This document shows, piece after piece, positions 34,322 through 44,554 of a DNA stretch of 64,000 bases. The notes beneath the pieces are model-generated. The model had not been told where the DNA came from and searched no databases. It saw only the letters and a program-made list of their open reading frames with translations. Origin of the DNA: an uncultured Chloroflexia bacterium (GTDB lineage Bacteria > Chloroflexota > Chloroflexia > Thermomicrobiales > UBA6265). Where the stretch lies: positions 288,001-352,000 of the forward strand of contig CAVRUC010000010.1 of the NCBI GenBank assembly GCA_963724295.1, in the 5' to 3' direction. A program made the position numbers and the translations under genes. The stretch's first letter is position 1. Every line of letters starts with the position of its first letter.

Positions 34322-36097
34322 ATGACTGCGCCAGAAATGCCCGGCACGTCGGTAGAAGCTGGGGTGGAAGCGGCGGCCGGGGACATGCCCCGAGTAGAGG
34401 TTCCCCGCCACGAGCCGGGGTCAGGACGACGAGCGGCACTGTTGACCCGCCGTCGCCGCCTGACGCAGGTTGCGGCTGTTCTGAGCCGGCACGGGGCAGG
34501 CTATCTGCTCGTGCGCTTCGGCTTGGCGGATCTGCTTCCGCTGCACAAAGGGCGGCTGGGTCACGCCGCCCGCGATGAGGCATACACGCGCCCCGATCAC
34601 CTCCGGCTGGCGCTGGAAGAGCTCGGGACGACGGCGATCAAGCTGGGACAGATCCTTTCCACCCGCGCCGATCTCCTGCCGCCCGCCTATGTCGACGAAC
34701 TGGCCAAGCTCCGTGATCGCGTTCCCCCGAAGCCCGCCGCGGCGATCCGTCAGGTGATCGAGCGCGAGTTCGGCCGTCCCGTCGCCGAGGTATTTGCCCG
34801 CTTCGACGACGAGCCCCTGGCGTCCGCCTCGATCGGTCAGGTCCACGCCGCTCGGCTCTTCACCGGTGAGGAAGTCGTCGTCAAGGTGCAGAAGCCGGGA
34901 GTCGCCGAGCAGGTCGAGATCGACTTGCGTCTGCTTCTGGACCTGGCACAGACGGCGGAGCGGCGATCGTCGCTGGGTCGGGAGTACGACGTTGTCGCGA
35001 TCGTCAATGAGTTCGCCTGGACGCTGCGCGAAGAGCTCGACTACGAGCAAGAAGGACGGAACGCCGTCACGTTTCGGCGTCAGTTCGCCGGCAACCGGGA
35101 CATCATCATTCCACTGATCTACTGGCCGCAGACCACTCGGCGGGTGTTGACGATGCAGCGTCTGTCGGGTGTGACGATCGACGACCTGGCGGGCCTGGAC
35201 CGCCTTGGTATCGATCGTCACGACCTCGCCGTGCGTAGCGCGAATCTGATCCTCTCCGAGGTTTTCGAGCATGGCTTTTACCACGCCGACCCGCACCCGG
35301 GAAACTTCGTGGTGCGGGAGGACGGAGTGATCGGGGCGCTCGACTTCGGGATGGTCGGCCGCATTGAAAACGACGCCAAGCTCGATTTGCTCGAGCTGTT
35401 GGTCGCCTTCGTCGATCGCGACGCCGAGCGAGCGGTCGATGCCTTTGAGGCGCTCGGAGTCATTGGGGTCGAGGCACGTCGCGATGCGCTCACGCGAGAC
35501 GTGGCCCACCTGCTCGATCGCTACGTGGGCCGGCCGCTAGCGGCGCTGCGGATGGAGGAGGTGACGGCGGAGGTCTTCGCCACCGCTCGCCGGCACCAGC
35601 TGCGGATGCCGGTCGAGCTTGCCTTGTTGCTCAAGACGCTGGCCATGAACGAGGGTGTCGGCCGCCGCCTGGATCCTGGCTTCAATGCCGCGGCTGTCGC
35701 GGCCCCGTTCATCCATCGCGCCATCCAACTGCGCCTGCGGCCAAGCACGTGGGAACCCGAGTTGCGCCGCGGGCTCATCGACTTGGCGCGCGTCGGTCTC
35801 GATCTCCCGGGCGCCTTACGCGGGCTGATGCGCCAACTCAATCGCGGCGAGTTCGCTGTGGCCGTGCGTCCTCAAGGGTTGGAAGAGCCGCTGCGCCAGG
35901 TGGAGGCGCTGGTCAACCGCCTGGCGATGAGCGTTCTCCTGGCCGCCTTCATCGTCAGCAGCGCCCTCCTGATGAGGACCTACCATCCGGGGGATGAGGG
36001 AGGGTTGCCCGACTGGCTCTCTATCGTAGGGCTGCTTGTGGCTACGGTGCTCGGGGTGTGGCTGCTGCTGACAATCTGGCGCAGTGGACGGCGTTGA
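34322..36097 (+). CDS. ABC1/UbiB/AarF family atypical kinase
   Basis: IKLGQ, ASASIGQVH, VVVKVQ, ELDY, HADPHPGN, DFG. Confidence 0.92.
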   Translation: MTAPEMPGTSVEAGVEAAAGDMPRVEVPRHEPGSGRRAALLTRRRRLTQVAAVLSRHGAGYLLVRFGLADLLPLHKGRLGHAARDEAYTRPDHLRLALEELGTTAIKLGQILSTRADLLPPAYVDELAKLRDRVPPKPAAAIRQVIEREFGRPVAEVFARFDDEPLASASIGQVHAARLFTGEEVVVKVQKPGVAEQVEIDLRLLLDLAQTAERRSSLGREYDVVAIVNEFAWTLREELDYEQEGRNAVTFRRQFAGNRDIIIPLIYWPQTTRRVLTMQRLSGVTIDDLAGLDRLGIDRHDLAVRSANLILSEVFEHGFYHADPHPGNFVVREDGVIGALDFGMVGRIENDAKLDLLELLVAFVDRDAERAVDAFEALGVIGVEARRDALTRDVAHLLDRYVGRPLAALRMEEVTAEVFATARRHQLRMPVELALLLKTLAMNEGVGRRLDPGFNAAAVAAPFIHRAIQLRLRPSTWEPELRRGLIDLARVGLDLPGALRGLMRQLNRGEFAVAVRPQGLEEPLRQVEALVNRLAMSVLLAAFIVSSALLMRTYHPGDEGGLPDWLSIVGLLVATVLGVWLLLTIWRSGRR

Positions 36098-36129
36098 GAG
36101 CCGGCTAGCGCATGCGCACACCATTCCCC

Positions 36130-36300
36130 TTGGGCCCGGCTCCGCCGCCGGCATTGCCATGGCGTCTAAGCACATTGAGTCCGCCCAGGTCCGCTGGCGC
36201 GCCGTGTACGCCCCGCACCTGGTCGCGCTCGTCCGCGCCGGCGCCAGATTCGAGAACGGCAAACTGATCGAACGACCCCGGCGACCAACCCGACCACAAG
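36130..36300 (+). mobile_element. IS256-family transposase C-terminal remnant
   Basis: GPGSAAGIAMASKHIESAQVRWRAVYAPHLVALVRAGARFENGKLIERP matches the C-terminus I recognise from actinobacterial IS256 transposases. Confidence 0.7.
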
Positions 36301-36319
36301 TTCGGCCACCTATGGGATG

Positions 36320-36536
36320 GGCCGCCGATTCGATTACCAGACAGTTCGCTTGTGAGATGCGCGACCTCATTGTGGAACAGTCACAGATTCTGGTGGACCA
36401 AAGGTGGCTGACCGCCGAGGAGATTGGGGAACTCCAGGGGAGACCCTATGAAGTCGGTCCTGCTGCACTGTCCTGGCCGATGTTCCTGTACAACTTGTAC
36501 CTCGCGTTGGTTGGCGAAAAGCAGGCGATTCTATAA
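36320..36536 (+). pseudogene. 3' fragment of a truncated gene (possibly methyltransferase C-terminus)
   Basis: Protein-like tail ..LVDQRWLTAEEIGEL..ALVGEK fused behind the IS remnant. Confidence 0.3.
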
Positions 36537-36602
36537 TCCTAGTCTGGGTGCCATTTTTGTCGCAGAGATCAGGTCAGGTGGACGGTCGCTCCGGAGTGAA
36601 CG

Positions 36603-37592
36603 ATGGTTGATATCCGGACGCGAGACGTCTTTGCCACCATGCGGCCGGACTTGCTCCTTGTGCAAGCGCGCCTCGAAGAAGCGGTGCGAATTGACTATCC
36701 GGGTGTCGCCGATCTCATGCTCGGTCTTGTCAAAGCAGGTGGGAAGCGGCTGCGGCCACTGATCTTGCTGCTAGCCGGGCGCGCCTTCACCGACAATCGA
36801 GAGGCGTTGGTGACCGCCGGCGCTGGGGTCGAGCTTCTTCATACAGCTTCGCTGGTGCACGACGACACGGTCGACCGCGCCGCTATGCGACGAGGCCGTC
36901 CAACGCTCAACAGCGTTCTGCCTTCCGGTGCGGTGATCCTCCTGGGCGATTTCCTCTTCGCCCAGTCCGCGATGCTGGCTGCGGCCACGAATAGCCCGAG
37001 AGTCGTCAGCGTATTCGCCTCGACTCTTGCAGACATCTGCGATGGTCAGCTCCGTGAAATATTCTTTGCCAATCGCCTCGATCAAACACGCGATGACTAT
37101 GAACGCCGGATCGTCGGCAAGACCGCGTCCCTCTTCGCCGGGTCGGCTGAGATGGGCGCGATCATTGGGAAAGCTCCCGATAACGCGGTTCAGGCCCTGC
37201 GCCAGTACGGGTCGGATGTCGGGATGGCCTTCCAGATCGTCGACGACGTTCTCGATTTGCGCGAAGATGCGAGCCATCTCGGCAAACCTGCCGGGCACGA
37301 CCTGACCCAAGGAACGGTCACTCTACCGACCATCATCTATGCGTCGGGTCTCACTCAGGCCTCAGAGGCGGCAATACGTTTGGAATCGGTAGTTTCTGGT
37401 GAAGTGACTGAACCAGCGGCGGTGAAGGCCGTGGTCGAGGAGATACGGGGATCGGGCGCGCTTGAAGCGGCGATGGACGAAGCAATCCGATTCGCCGCCC
37501 GGTCGAAAGCGTATGTGTCAGTCGCACCTGAGCCCGAGGTTCGCGACATGCTCGAACAAGTCGCCGACATCGTCTGCCAACGGTCTGCCTAG
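36603..37592 (+). CDS. Polyprenyl diphosphate synthase (HepT/IspB-like)
   Basis: GGKRLRP, LHTASLVHDDTVD (FARM), KTASLF, FQIVDDVLD (SARM); RBS GGAG, TATAAT at 36532. Confidence 0.93.
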   Translation: MVDIRTRDVFATMRPDLLLVQARLEEAVRIDYPGVADLMLGLVKAGGKRLRPLILLLAGRAFTDNREALVTAGAGVELLHTASLVHDDTVDRAAMRRGRPTLNSVLPSGAVILLGDFLFAQSAMLAAATNSPRVVSVFASTLADICDGQLREIFFANRLDQTRDDYERRIVGKTASLFAGSAEMGAIIGKAPDNAVQALRQYGSDVGMAFQIVDDVLDLREDASHLGKPAGHDLTQGTVTLPTIIYASGLTQASEAAIRLESVVSGEVTEPAAVKAVVEEIRGSGALEAAMDEAIRFAARSKAYVSVAPEPEVRDMLEQVADIVCQRSA

Positions 37593-37930
37593 CGACAGGC
37601 TCCGGTCTTACATCGCCACGAGCCCTGTTTCGTGCATCCGGCCAAAAATGCTGTTCCAGTAGCGGCCATGTGGGTCAACAGTCTCCAAATATGGGAGTGC
37701 GGGGAGAGACCATCGTCGATGTAGCGCAGCAGCTCCTTGTTCACTCTGTCCTGCTATGGCTGTTCCGCTTGGCCTGAACACAGGGCAACCGAACGCGGCA
37801 TCTATTGCACCCGCTAAAATGAAGGCACTCGAATTGCACGGTCTGGGGGTGAATCAGTGACCAATTTGCCCAAGCGGCGCAGCCCCTCGACTACTACGTC
37901 CAGCAATCCCCTCTCACCCAAGATTTCCCT

Positions 37931-38320
37931 ATGATCCTGTCACCCTCGTCCCGCCGCATTGACCACACGACCGTCCCGATCGTGGCCAGTCCCAGCGGAC
38001 TGCCGACCCAGCACCTGGTCTCGGCACGGGATGGCGCGGAGGGGCTCTTCGTCGCCCAGCAATGGCTGCAGCCCGGCGACCGGGTCCTGCTGCACACCCA
38101 CCCGGTCGAGGAGGCCATCACCTTTCTCTCGGGATCAGGCGAGGCGACGCTTGGCGAAGAGACCGTGCCGATTGGCTCGGGCATCAGCCTCTACATCCCC
38201 GCCGGTGAGGTCCATGGGTTCTGCTGCACCGAGGGCACCTTGCACGCCATGGTCGTCTTTCCCACGCCGGAGTTCGCGGAGACGACGATTGTTGAATCAG
38301 AAGACTCTGAAGCAGGATAA
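37931..38320 (+). CDS. Cupin domain protein
   Basis: HTHPVEE and IPAGEVH metal-binding motifs. Confidence 0.85.
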   Translation: MILSPSSRRIDHTTVPIVASPSGLPTQHLVSARDGAEGLFVAQQWLQPGDRVLLHTHPVEEAITFLSGSGEATLGEETVPIGSGISLYIPAGEVHGFCCTEGTLHAMVVFPTPEFAETTIVESEDSEAG

Positions 38321-38479
38321 AGCCGGCTGGCAATCCAGGACGCTCGACAGTCATCCCAACCACTTCAGATGCGTCGTCGCCGCTCGCCGCTATCACCGGC
38401 AATACTTGGTGCACACATTGAGAATGTGCCCGCGATTCGTGGCTGGCACGTGTTGAGATCTCTGGAACGAGAAGAAGGA

Positions 38480-39520
38480 ATGTCGAGCATGCCGGTCGCA
38501 ATAGCGGAGACAACCCGGGGCGGGATCACCGAAAGTGTCCATTACGGCGTGATCGTCGCCGTCGATGCGGGCGGCGAGGTCATCGCGTCGGCCGGAGATC
38601 CCGAGACCGTCGTCTTCTTCCGCTCCTCCGCCAAGCCGTTCCAGGCGATCCCGGTCATCGAGAGCGGCGCGGCCGATGCATTCGGCTTCACCCTAGCCGA
38701 GCTGGCCCTCTGCTGCGCATCTCACGAAGGCTCGCCTGAGCACCAGCGCCAGGTGGCGGCCATGCTCGCCAAGATCGGGCTGTCGCCCGCCAGCCTGCAA
38801 TGCGGTTGCTCGTTTCCCGGTCATGAAGCCGAGGCAGCCCAGGTGACCCTCGGTGGGATCGAGGGCTCACCCCTGCATTGCGACTGCTCGGGTAAACACG
38901 CGGGGATGCTGGCGACGATCGTGCACGAGGGGCTTTCCCACCACGATTACCTCGACCCGGAGCATCCTTTGCAGCGGCGCATTCTCGGCATCATGGCAGA
39001 GGTCATGCGAGTGCCCGTGGAGACGATCGTTCCCGGCACCGACGGATGCAGCCTTCCCACATTCGGGGCTCCGGTGCGCGCGTTCGCTACCGCCTACACC
39101 GCGCTCGCCGCGCCGGAGCAGGTGCCAGCCGGAAATGGGCGCGAGCACGCCGCCGCGCTCGACCGGTTGCGCACGGCGATGATCGCTCACCCGGAGAACG
39201 TCGCCGGGCACGGTCAGCTCGTTACCGACCTGATGGCGCTCGGCGAGGGCCGCATCGCCGCCAAGAGCGGGGCCGAGGGCCTCATCTGCCTGGCCGTGCC
39301 GGAACGAGGTTTGGGCATCGCCATCCGGGTCATGGATGGCAGCTTCCGCACCCACGCCGCGGTGACGGTGGCCACTCTGGAGCAGCTTGGCATCCTCGAC
39401 GCCGCCACCCGTGACACGATTCTTGAACGGCATTCACCGCAGCTACGCAATCACAACGGCCGACTGGTCGGCGAGATCCGGCCGGTCTTCCAATTGGCAG
39501 GAGCCGTCGCCGTCGCTTGA
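38480..39520 (+). CDS. L-asparaginase II (Rhizobium AnsA-type) family
   Basis: ESVHYG, RSSAKPFQA, CSGKHAG, DGC, KSGAEG. Confidence 0.88.
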   Translation: MSSMPVAIAETTRGGITESVHYGVIVAVDAGGEVIASAGDPETVVFFRSSAKPFQAIPVIESGAADAFGFTLAELALCCASHEGSPEHQRQVAAMLAKIGLSPASLQCGCSFPGHEAEAAQVTLGGIEGSPLHCDCSGKHAGMLATIVHEGLSHHDYLDPEHPLQRRILGIMAEVMRVPVETIVPGTDGCSLPTFGAPVRAFATAYTALAAPEQVPAGNGREHAAALDRLRTAMIAHPENVAGHGQLVTDLMALGEGRIAAKSGAEGLICLAVPERGLGIAIRVMDGSFRTHAAVTVATLEQLGILDAATRDTILERHSPQLRNHNGRLVGEIRPVFQLAGAVAVA

Positions 39521-39651
39521 GGCGGCCACGTTCCGGCTCTGGCCCGGAGATTCCCAGCCACGGCAGAATAGGGACTCGTTCGGGCGGACCGCGCCGGCAC
39601 GGCACGCTGTCCGCGTTGTGATCGCTTGTGAGAGATGAGGAGAGCTTCGCG

Positions 39652-40764
39652 ATGGAACGGTTGCGGGCAGGGGTCATCGGGGTGGGCGCCATCGCTCAGA
39701 TCATGCATCTGCCCTATCTGCGCGAGCTGGACGACCGTTTTCAGATCGCCGCGCTTTGTGACGTCGATCCGGTCGTGCTGGCCGAAGTCGGCCGGCAGTA
39801 CGGCGTGGACCGCCTGTTTGCTTCTGCCGACGAACTCCTGAACGAGCCGCTCGACGTGGTCTTGATCCTCTCCAGTGGAGATCACGGGCCGGTGACCATC
39901 GCCGCGCTCGAGCGCGGGCTGCACGTTCTCGTCGAGAAGCCGTTGGCCTACACCCTGCGCGAGACCGACGAGGTCATCGCCGCGGCCGAGCGGTCCGGCA
40001 AGACGCTGATGGTCGGGATGATGAAGCAGTACGACCCCGGCTATCAGCGCGGAGTCGAGCTGGTGCAGCATCTACGCGATATCCGCTACGTCGAGGCCAC
40101 GACACTGGAGCCGGAGGGTACGCTCTATCACGCCCACCATCCGATCGTCCGCAGTGGTGAACCGCGGCAGGCCCAAGAGCGGTACGGCGCGGAGATGTTC
40201 AACAGCATCCAGCAACAGATCCTCGCGAGCCAGCCGCTCGACCTCCTGCGTGAAGCGACCGGAAGCGATGATCCGGGTGTGTTGACCGCCTACTTCCTGC
40301 TCATCGCCAGCTCGATCCACGACGTCAACGCCCTGCGCGGCGCGATTGGACAGCCGCAGGGCGTGCTCTCCGCCAACCTCTGGGCGGGCGGGACGAGCTT
40401 CACGACGACCCTTGCCTACGCGAACGACGTGCGGACCGTCTACACCTGGACGATGCTTCCTTATGTCAAAAGCTATGGGGAGACGTTCGGTTTCTACGCC
40501 TCCGACGGCCGCGTGCTGATCCGCTTCCCATCGCCGTACTTGCGGAACGCGCCGACGCTCGTCGACGTCGAGCGCATGCATGGCGAGGAACTCCAGGTCA
40601 CCCGATTCACGACCTCCTATGAAGAAGCCTTCAAGCGCGAGCTACTCGAGTTCGATGACTGCGTGCGCACGGGCCGCACTCCGCGCACTGACGCGCCGGG
40701 ATTTCGCCAAGACCTGGAGGTGCTCACCGAGATCGCGCGGAAGTTTCCGGAAGCGCTTCAATAG
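39652..40764 (+). CDS. Gfo/Idh/MocA family oxidoreductase
   Basis: GVGAIA Rossmann, HVLVEKP, SIHD. Confidence 0.9.
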   Translation: MERLRAGVIGVGAIAQIMHLPYLRELDDRFQIAALCDVDPVVLAEVGRQYGVDRLFASADELLNEPLDVVLILSSGDHGPVTIAALERGLHVLVEKPLAYTLRETDEVIAAAERSGKTLMVGMMKQYDPGYQRGVELVQHLRDIRYVEATTLEPEGTLYHAHHPIVRSGEPRQAQERYGAEMFNSIQQQILASQPLDLLREATGSDDPGVLTAYFLLIASSIHDVNALRGAIGQPQGVLSANLWAGGTSFTTTLAYANDVRTVYTWTMLPYVKSYGETFGFYASDGRVLIRFPSPYLRNAPTLVDVERMHGEELQVTRFTTSYEEAFKRELLEFDDCVRTGRTPRTDAPGFRQDLEVLTEIARKFPEALQ

Positions 40765-40810
40765 CTGGCCACGGCCCGGAGTCGAGATCGGTAGTGACTC
40801 GCGCTCTGAC

Positions 40811-40852
40811 CACCCTCACCCCAACCCCTCTCCCAGCGCACTGGGAGAGGGG
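40811..40852. repeat. REP-like palindrome
   Basis: CCCTCACCCCAACCCCTCTCCCAG-cgca-CTGGGAGAGGGG. Confidence 0.75.
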
Positions 40853-41003
40853 CTCTTCGCGTTGTTAGCTCGCGCGGTTGGCAGCAGACCGGTGTTGTAG
40901 GTGGCTGGCACGAAATCCGCATCCTCGTCCCTGAATGCCCAGTTCGCGCCGAGCGGGCGCGGCATCGTCTGAACAGCACCCAAGGGAACGAGGAGTGAGA
41001 CCA

Positions 41004-41984
41004 ATGGCTGACGTGCAGATCGGGTATGCCATCTCCAGCGAGGAGCACCTGCCCAACGACATCGTCCGGCACGCCAGGATGGCGGAAGAGGCCGGCTTCA
41101 CCTACGCGCTGATCTCCGACCACTACCACCCCTGGGTCGACGCCCAGGGACATAGCCCCTTCGTCTGGTCGGTGATCGGCGGTATCGCCACGGCGACGGA
41201 GCATCTTCGTCTTGGTACCGGGGTGACCTGTCCTACTGTCCGCATCCACCCCGCGATCATCGCCCAGGCCGCGGCCACCTCGGCGGCGATGATGCCGGGT
41301 CGCTTCTTCCTCGGTGTCGGCAGTGGTGAAGCGCTCAACGAGCATATCACCGGTGACCGCTGGCCCGAGACGGATGTGCGCCTGGAGATGTTGGAGGAAG
41401 CGATCGAGATCATGCGCCTCCTCTGGCAAGGAGGCAATCAGAGCTACCACGGCGCGTTCTACACCGTCGAAAACGCCCGTCTCTACACGCTGCCGGAGGA
41501 GCCGGTCGAGGTGATGATCGCCGCCAGCGGGCCATCCGCGGCCGAACTCGCGGGACGTCTCGGCGATGGCCTGATCACCACCTCGGCTGACCAGAAAGTC
41601 ATCCAGGCCTTCGAAGGAGCTGGCGGCAAGGGGCCACGCTACGGACAAATGACGGTCTGCTGGAACGAGGACGAAGCCGCCGCGTTGAAGACCGCTCATG
41701 AGATCTGGCCGAACGCCGGGCTCCCCGGCGAATTGGGTCAGGAGCTGCCCACGCCGGCCCACTTCCAGCAAGCGGTCCAGCTCGTCACGCCGGAGAAGAT
41801 CGCCGAGAGCGTCGTCGTCGGACCGGATGCCAGCAAGTATCTCGCCAAGATCGACGAGTACGCCCAGGCTGGGATCGACCACGTCTACATCCACCAGGTG
41901 GGACCGGATCAGGAAGGGTTCATCCGCTTCGCGGAGCGAGAGATCTTGCCGCAATATGCGGCCGCACGCTCGCGGGCGGCGTGA
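41004..41984 (+). CDS. F420-dependent LLM-class oxidoreductase (TIGR03557/G6PDH-like)
   Basis: SSEEH, ISDHYHPW, GTGVTCP, GVGSGEALNE. Confidence 0.9.
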   Translation: MADVQIGYAISSEEHLPNDIVRHARMAEEAGFTYALISDHYHPWVDAQGHSPFVWSVIGGIATATEHLRLGTGVTCPTVRIHPAIIAQAAATSAAMMPGRFFLGVGSGEALNEHITGDRWPETDVRLEMLEEAIEIMRLLWQGGNQSYHGAFYTVENARLYTLPEEPVEVMIAASGPSAAELAGRLGDGLITTSADQKVIQAFEGAGGKGPRYGQMTVCWNEDEAAALKTAHEIWPNAGLPGELGQELPTPAHFQQAVQLVTPEKIAESVVVGPDASKYLAKIDEYAQAGIDHVYIHQVGPDQEGFIRFAEREILPQYAAARSRAA

Positions 41985-42140
41985 ACGAGGGTGATGGGAG
42001 GCCGAGGGTGACGGGGTCGCAGGGTGGCAGGGTGACAGGAGAATAACGCCTCAACACCCCGACACCCTGCGACCCTGCCACCACGAGCGTAGCGAGTAAC
42101 CACCCTATCACCCGACACCGCGACATCCTGACACCCACCG
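41985..42140. repeat. Modular palindromic intergenic repeat
   Basis: ACGAGGGTG...GGGGTCGCAGGGTGGCAGGGTGACAGG...CCCTGCGACCCTGCCACCACGAGCGTAGCGAG. Confidence 0.8.
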
Positions 42141-42180
42141 AAGTGGCACCGTATAGACGCCGGCACCTATCCTGACGTCC

Positions 42181-43470
42181 ATGACGAATGGGGCGCCCAG
42201 GCGCGCGAGCGGGCAGAACGGCAGAACCCGCCGAAACAGCGCCGAGTGGTGGGCGTTCCCGCTTCGCGTCTGGGTGATCCACTGGTTGCTGGTGCAGATC
42301 CCGGCGACCTATGCGCTCCGCTTCGGCACGCCGAATTTGCCATCTCCGCCTTACAGCGAGATGCCGCCGCCGCTCACCGGGCTCGCGCACTGGATCGTGG
42401 AGCCGCTGCGGAATTGGGACGGGCTCTGGTACCGCCTGATCGCCCTGGAGGGGTATGCAGGGGGAACGCAGAGCGCGAAAGCCGCGTTCTGGCCACTCCT
42501 GCCGGGGATCATGCGCGGTGGGAACATCCTCACCGGCTGGACCGCCGACACCGTCGGGTACCTCGTCGCCAACCTCGCCTTTCTCGGCGCGCTGCTGGTC
42601 ATGTACCGGCTGATCATCCTCGACTACGGCGACATCGCGACCGCCCGGCGCGCCATCTGGGCGTTGGCGCTCTTCCCAACAGCGCTCTTCTTCTCGGCGG
42701 TCTACACGGAATCGCTGTTTCTGCTCCTTACCGTCAGCGCGCTGTACCTCTGGCGGCGCGACATGATCTGGCTGGGGGGACTGGTCAGCATCGGCGCGGC
42801 GCTCAGCCGCTCCGGCGGGGTCTTCCTCATCCTTCCCTTTCTGGCGCTGCTCTGGGACCGGCATCGCCGTGACTGGCGCGGCTACTGGCCGGGGATCATC
42901 CCGGCATTTTTCCCCGCGCTCGGTCCGGCCATCTTCGCGGGGATCCTGTACCGCGAACAGGAGAACTGGAATGCCTTCATCGACGTGCAGGTGCAGTGGA
43001 ACCGCTACTCCGCCGCGCCATGGGAGACGCTGCGCTGCGCGGTGGTGACCTGCCACGAGCTGGGCGGGGAGCCGGACGGCGTCTCCTGGACCTGGTGGAC
43101 CGACCTCTGGCAGAACCCCACCTGGGACACCATCACCAGCACCGCATGGCGCAATGACTTCGCGAACAGCGATGTGCTGGAGCTGGTTGTGACGGTGCTC
43201 TTTCTGTTGCTGGTCCTCGTCGGGTTGAAGGTGCTGCCGTTCTACCTGACGGTCTGGGTGCTGCCGGGGCTGCTCATCCCCTTGCTGCAGCCGTCCCAGG
43301 TTCACGCCCTGATGAGCATGCCCCGCTTCGTGCTCGTCCTCTTTCCGCTGTTCATCGTGCTCGGCAAGCTCATCCAGCCAACAGTGATCCGCATTCCCTG
43401 GTACATGATCTCGGTCTTGCTATTGGTCGTGCTCTCTGCCCAGTTTGCACTCTGGTACTGGGTATCGTGA
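42181..43470 (+). CDS. GT-C membrane mannosyltransferase (PIG-V-like)
   Basis: WDGLWY..IA..GY, AFWPLLP, YTESLFL, SMPRF. Confidence 0.85.
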   Translation: MTNGAPRRASGQNGRTRRNSAEWWAFPLRVWVIHWLLVQIPATYALRFGTPNLPSPPYSEMPPPLTGLAHWIVEPLRNWDGLWYRLIALEGYAGGTQSAKAAFWPLLPGIMRGGNILTGWTADTVGYLVANLAFLGALLVMYRLIILDYGDIATARRAIWALALFPTALFFSAVYTESLFLLLTVSALYLWRRDMIWLGGLVSIGAALSRSGGVFLILPFLALLWDRHRRDWRGYWPGIIPAFFPALGPAIFAGILYREQENWNAFIDVQVQWNRYSAAPWETLRCAVVTCHELGGEPDGVSWTWWTDLWQNPTWDTITSTAWRNDFANSDVLELVVTVLFLLLVLVGLKVLPFYLTVWVLPGLLIPLLQPSQVHALMSMPRFVLVLFPLFIVLGKLIQPTVIRIPWYMISVLLLVVLSAQFALWYWVS

Positions 43471-43604
43471 CGAGGGTGGTGGGTGATTACTCGCTACGCT
43501 CGTGGTGATGGGGTGATTGCTCCCTTTGGTCGCGGTGATGGGGTCATAGGGCGAACGAGAGCGAACCCTCTATCACCCCATCACCCGACACCCATCACTC
43601 TCGT
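43470..43604. repeat. Modular palindromic intergenic repeat
   Basis: ACGAGGGTG...CACTCTCGT ends; ACTCGCTACGCTCGTGGTG module. Confidence 0.8.
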
Positions 43605-44038
43605 TCACACCTGCCGGCCGAGGAATCCCGCCAATCGATTGGCGGCTGGAGCGTCGGCGGGAACGGGTACCTCGTCTTTGAACGGCATATTGGCGCGGTC
43701 CATGCTGGCCATGCGCTGCCGAGACATGGCCAGTGCCGCTTCGCAGGGGTCGGGAGCGACGTCGGTGTCCCGTCCAGTCGCTTTTGCCAGATCCCAGACT
43801 TGAACGACGAGATCGACGAATCGGAACCCCGCAAGTCCGGCAGCGGGCATCTCCCCGAATGGCATCGACACCATGCGGCCCAATGCGCCTGGCTCTTCAA
43901 ATGACGCCAACATCGCGTCCGCTGAAGCGGTGTAGACCTCTAGCGGCTCGTGGTTCCCAATAATCTCGCCGCTCGGTCGAGGGGCGCTGCCGGTCTTTAC
44001 GTTCTCCGCCGCCCAGATATTGCCAAGCACGACGTGGT
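43605..44038 (-). pseudogene. C-terminal part of a TIGR03086 (MDMPI/DinB-like) gene, interrupted by an island
   Basis: HVVLGN...MPFGEMP...VWDLAKATG...DAPAANRLAGFLGR; N-terminus lies at 48873-49033. Confidence 0.85.
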
Positions 44039-44313
44039 GTACACAATACGCCACTCGTGACCTTGGTCTTTCGCTCCGATGCCCCCGCTCCGGGACCCGC
44101 GCCGGAGGCGATCACCACCCGGTCTCCCCAGCGGTGATCCGCTCTCCGTGCCGCCCACCTCCATGGACGGAACAGGTAGAAATGGTCGTCCTCCGGCTCA
44201 CTGCTGACGAAGTGGTGATGATGGCGGCGGACTGGAGGAGCGGGGAAGAGTAACGCCGCATGCTCGGGAAAAATGGTTCCGATAACGCGGGAATTTCCCC
44301 ATTATGTGGAACC

Positions 44314-44351
44314 GGGGTCAGACGCTGCCAAGCGGAAAAATGGGGTGCGTG
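44314..44351 (+). mobile_element. Tn3-family-like terminal inverted repeat (single end)
   Basis: GGGGTCAGACGCT..GGAAAA resembles the Tn3 IR GGGGTCTGACGCT..GAAAA. Confidence 0.5.
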
Positions 44352-44378
44352 GTTCCCATAATCGGCGTTATCGGAATC
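44351..44378. other. dif-like 11-6-11 tyrosine recombinase site candidate
   Basis: GGTTCCCATAA-TCGGCG-TTATCGGAATC. Confidence 0.6.
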
Positions 44379-44554
44379 AGAAGGTTCATGACACAGGAGA
44401 GAGCGGGACCGACGTCCCAGAACCCATCGACCTGTCAAAAACGCGGACGATGTTTTCGGGACGGGTGTGGAACGCCCATCCTGCGCAAACCTCAGTGAAC
44501 GCGGGCTTCTTCTGGCAGTTCTGAATAGGATCGTTTCTGAGACGATGCTGCCCC

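Noticed and set aside
37593..37930. Gene or RNA in the prenyl synthase-cupin gap
   Set aside because: Only short, motif-free reading frames and no convincing structure.
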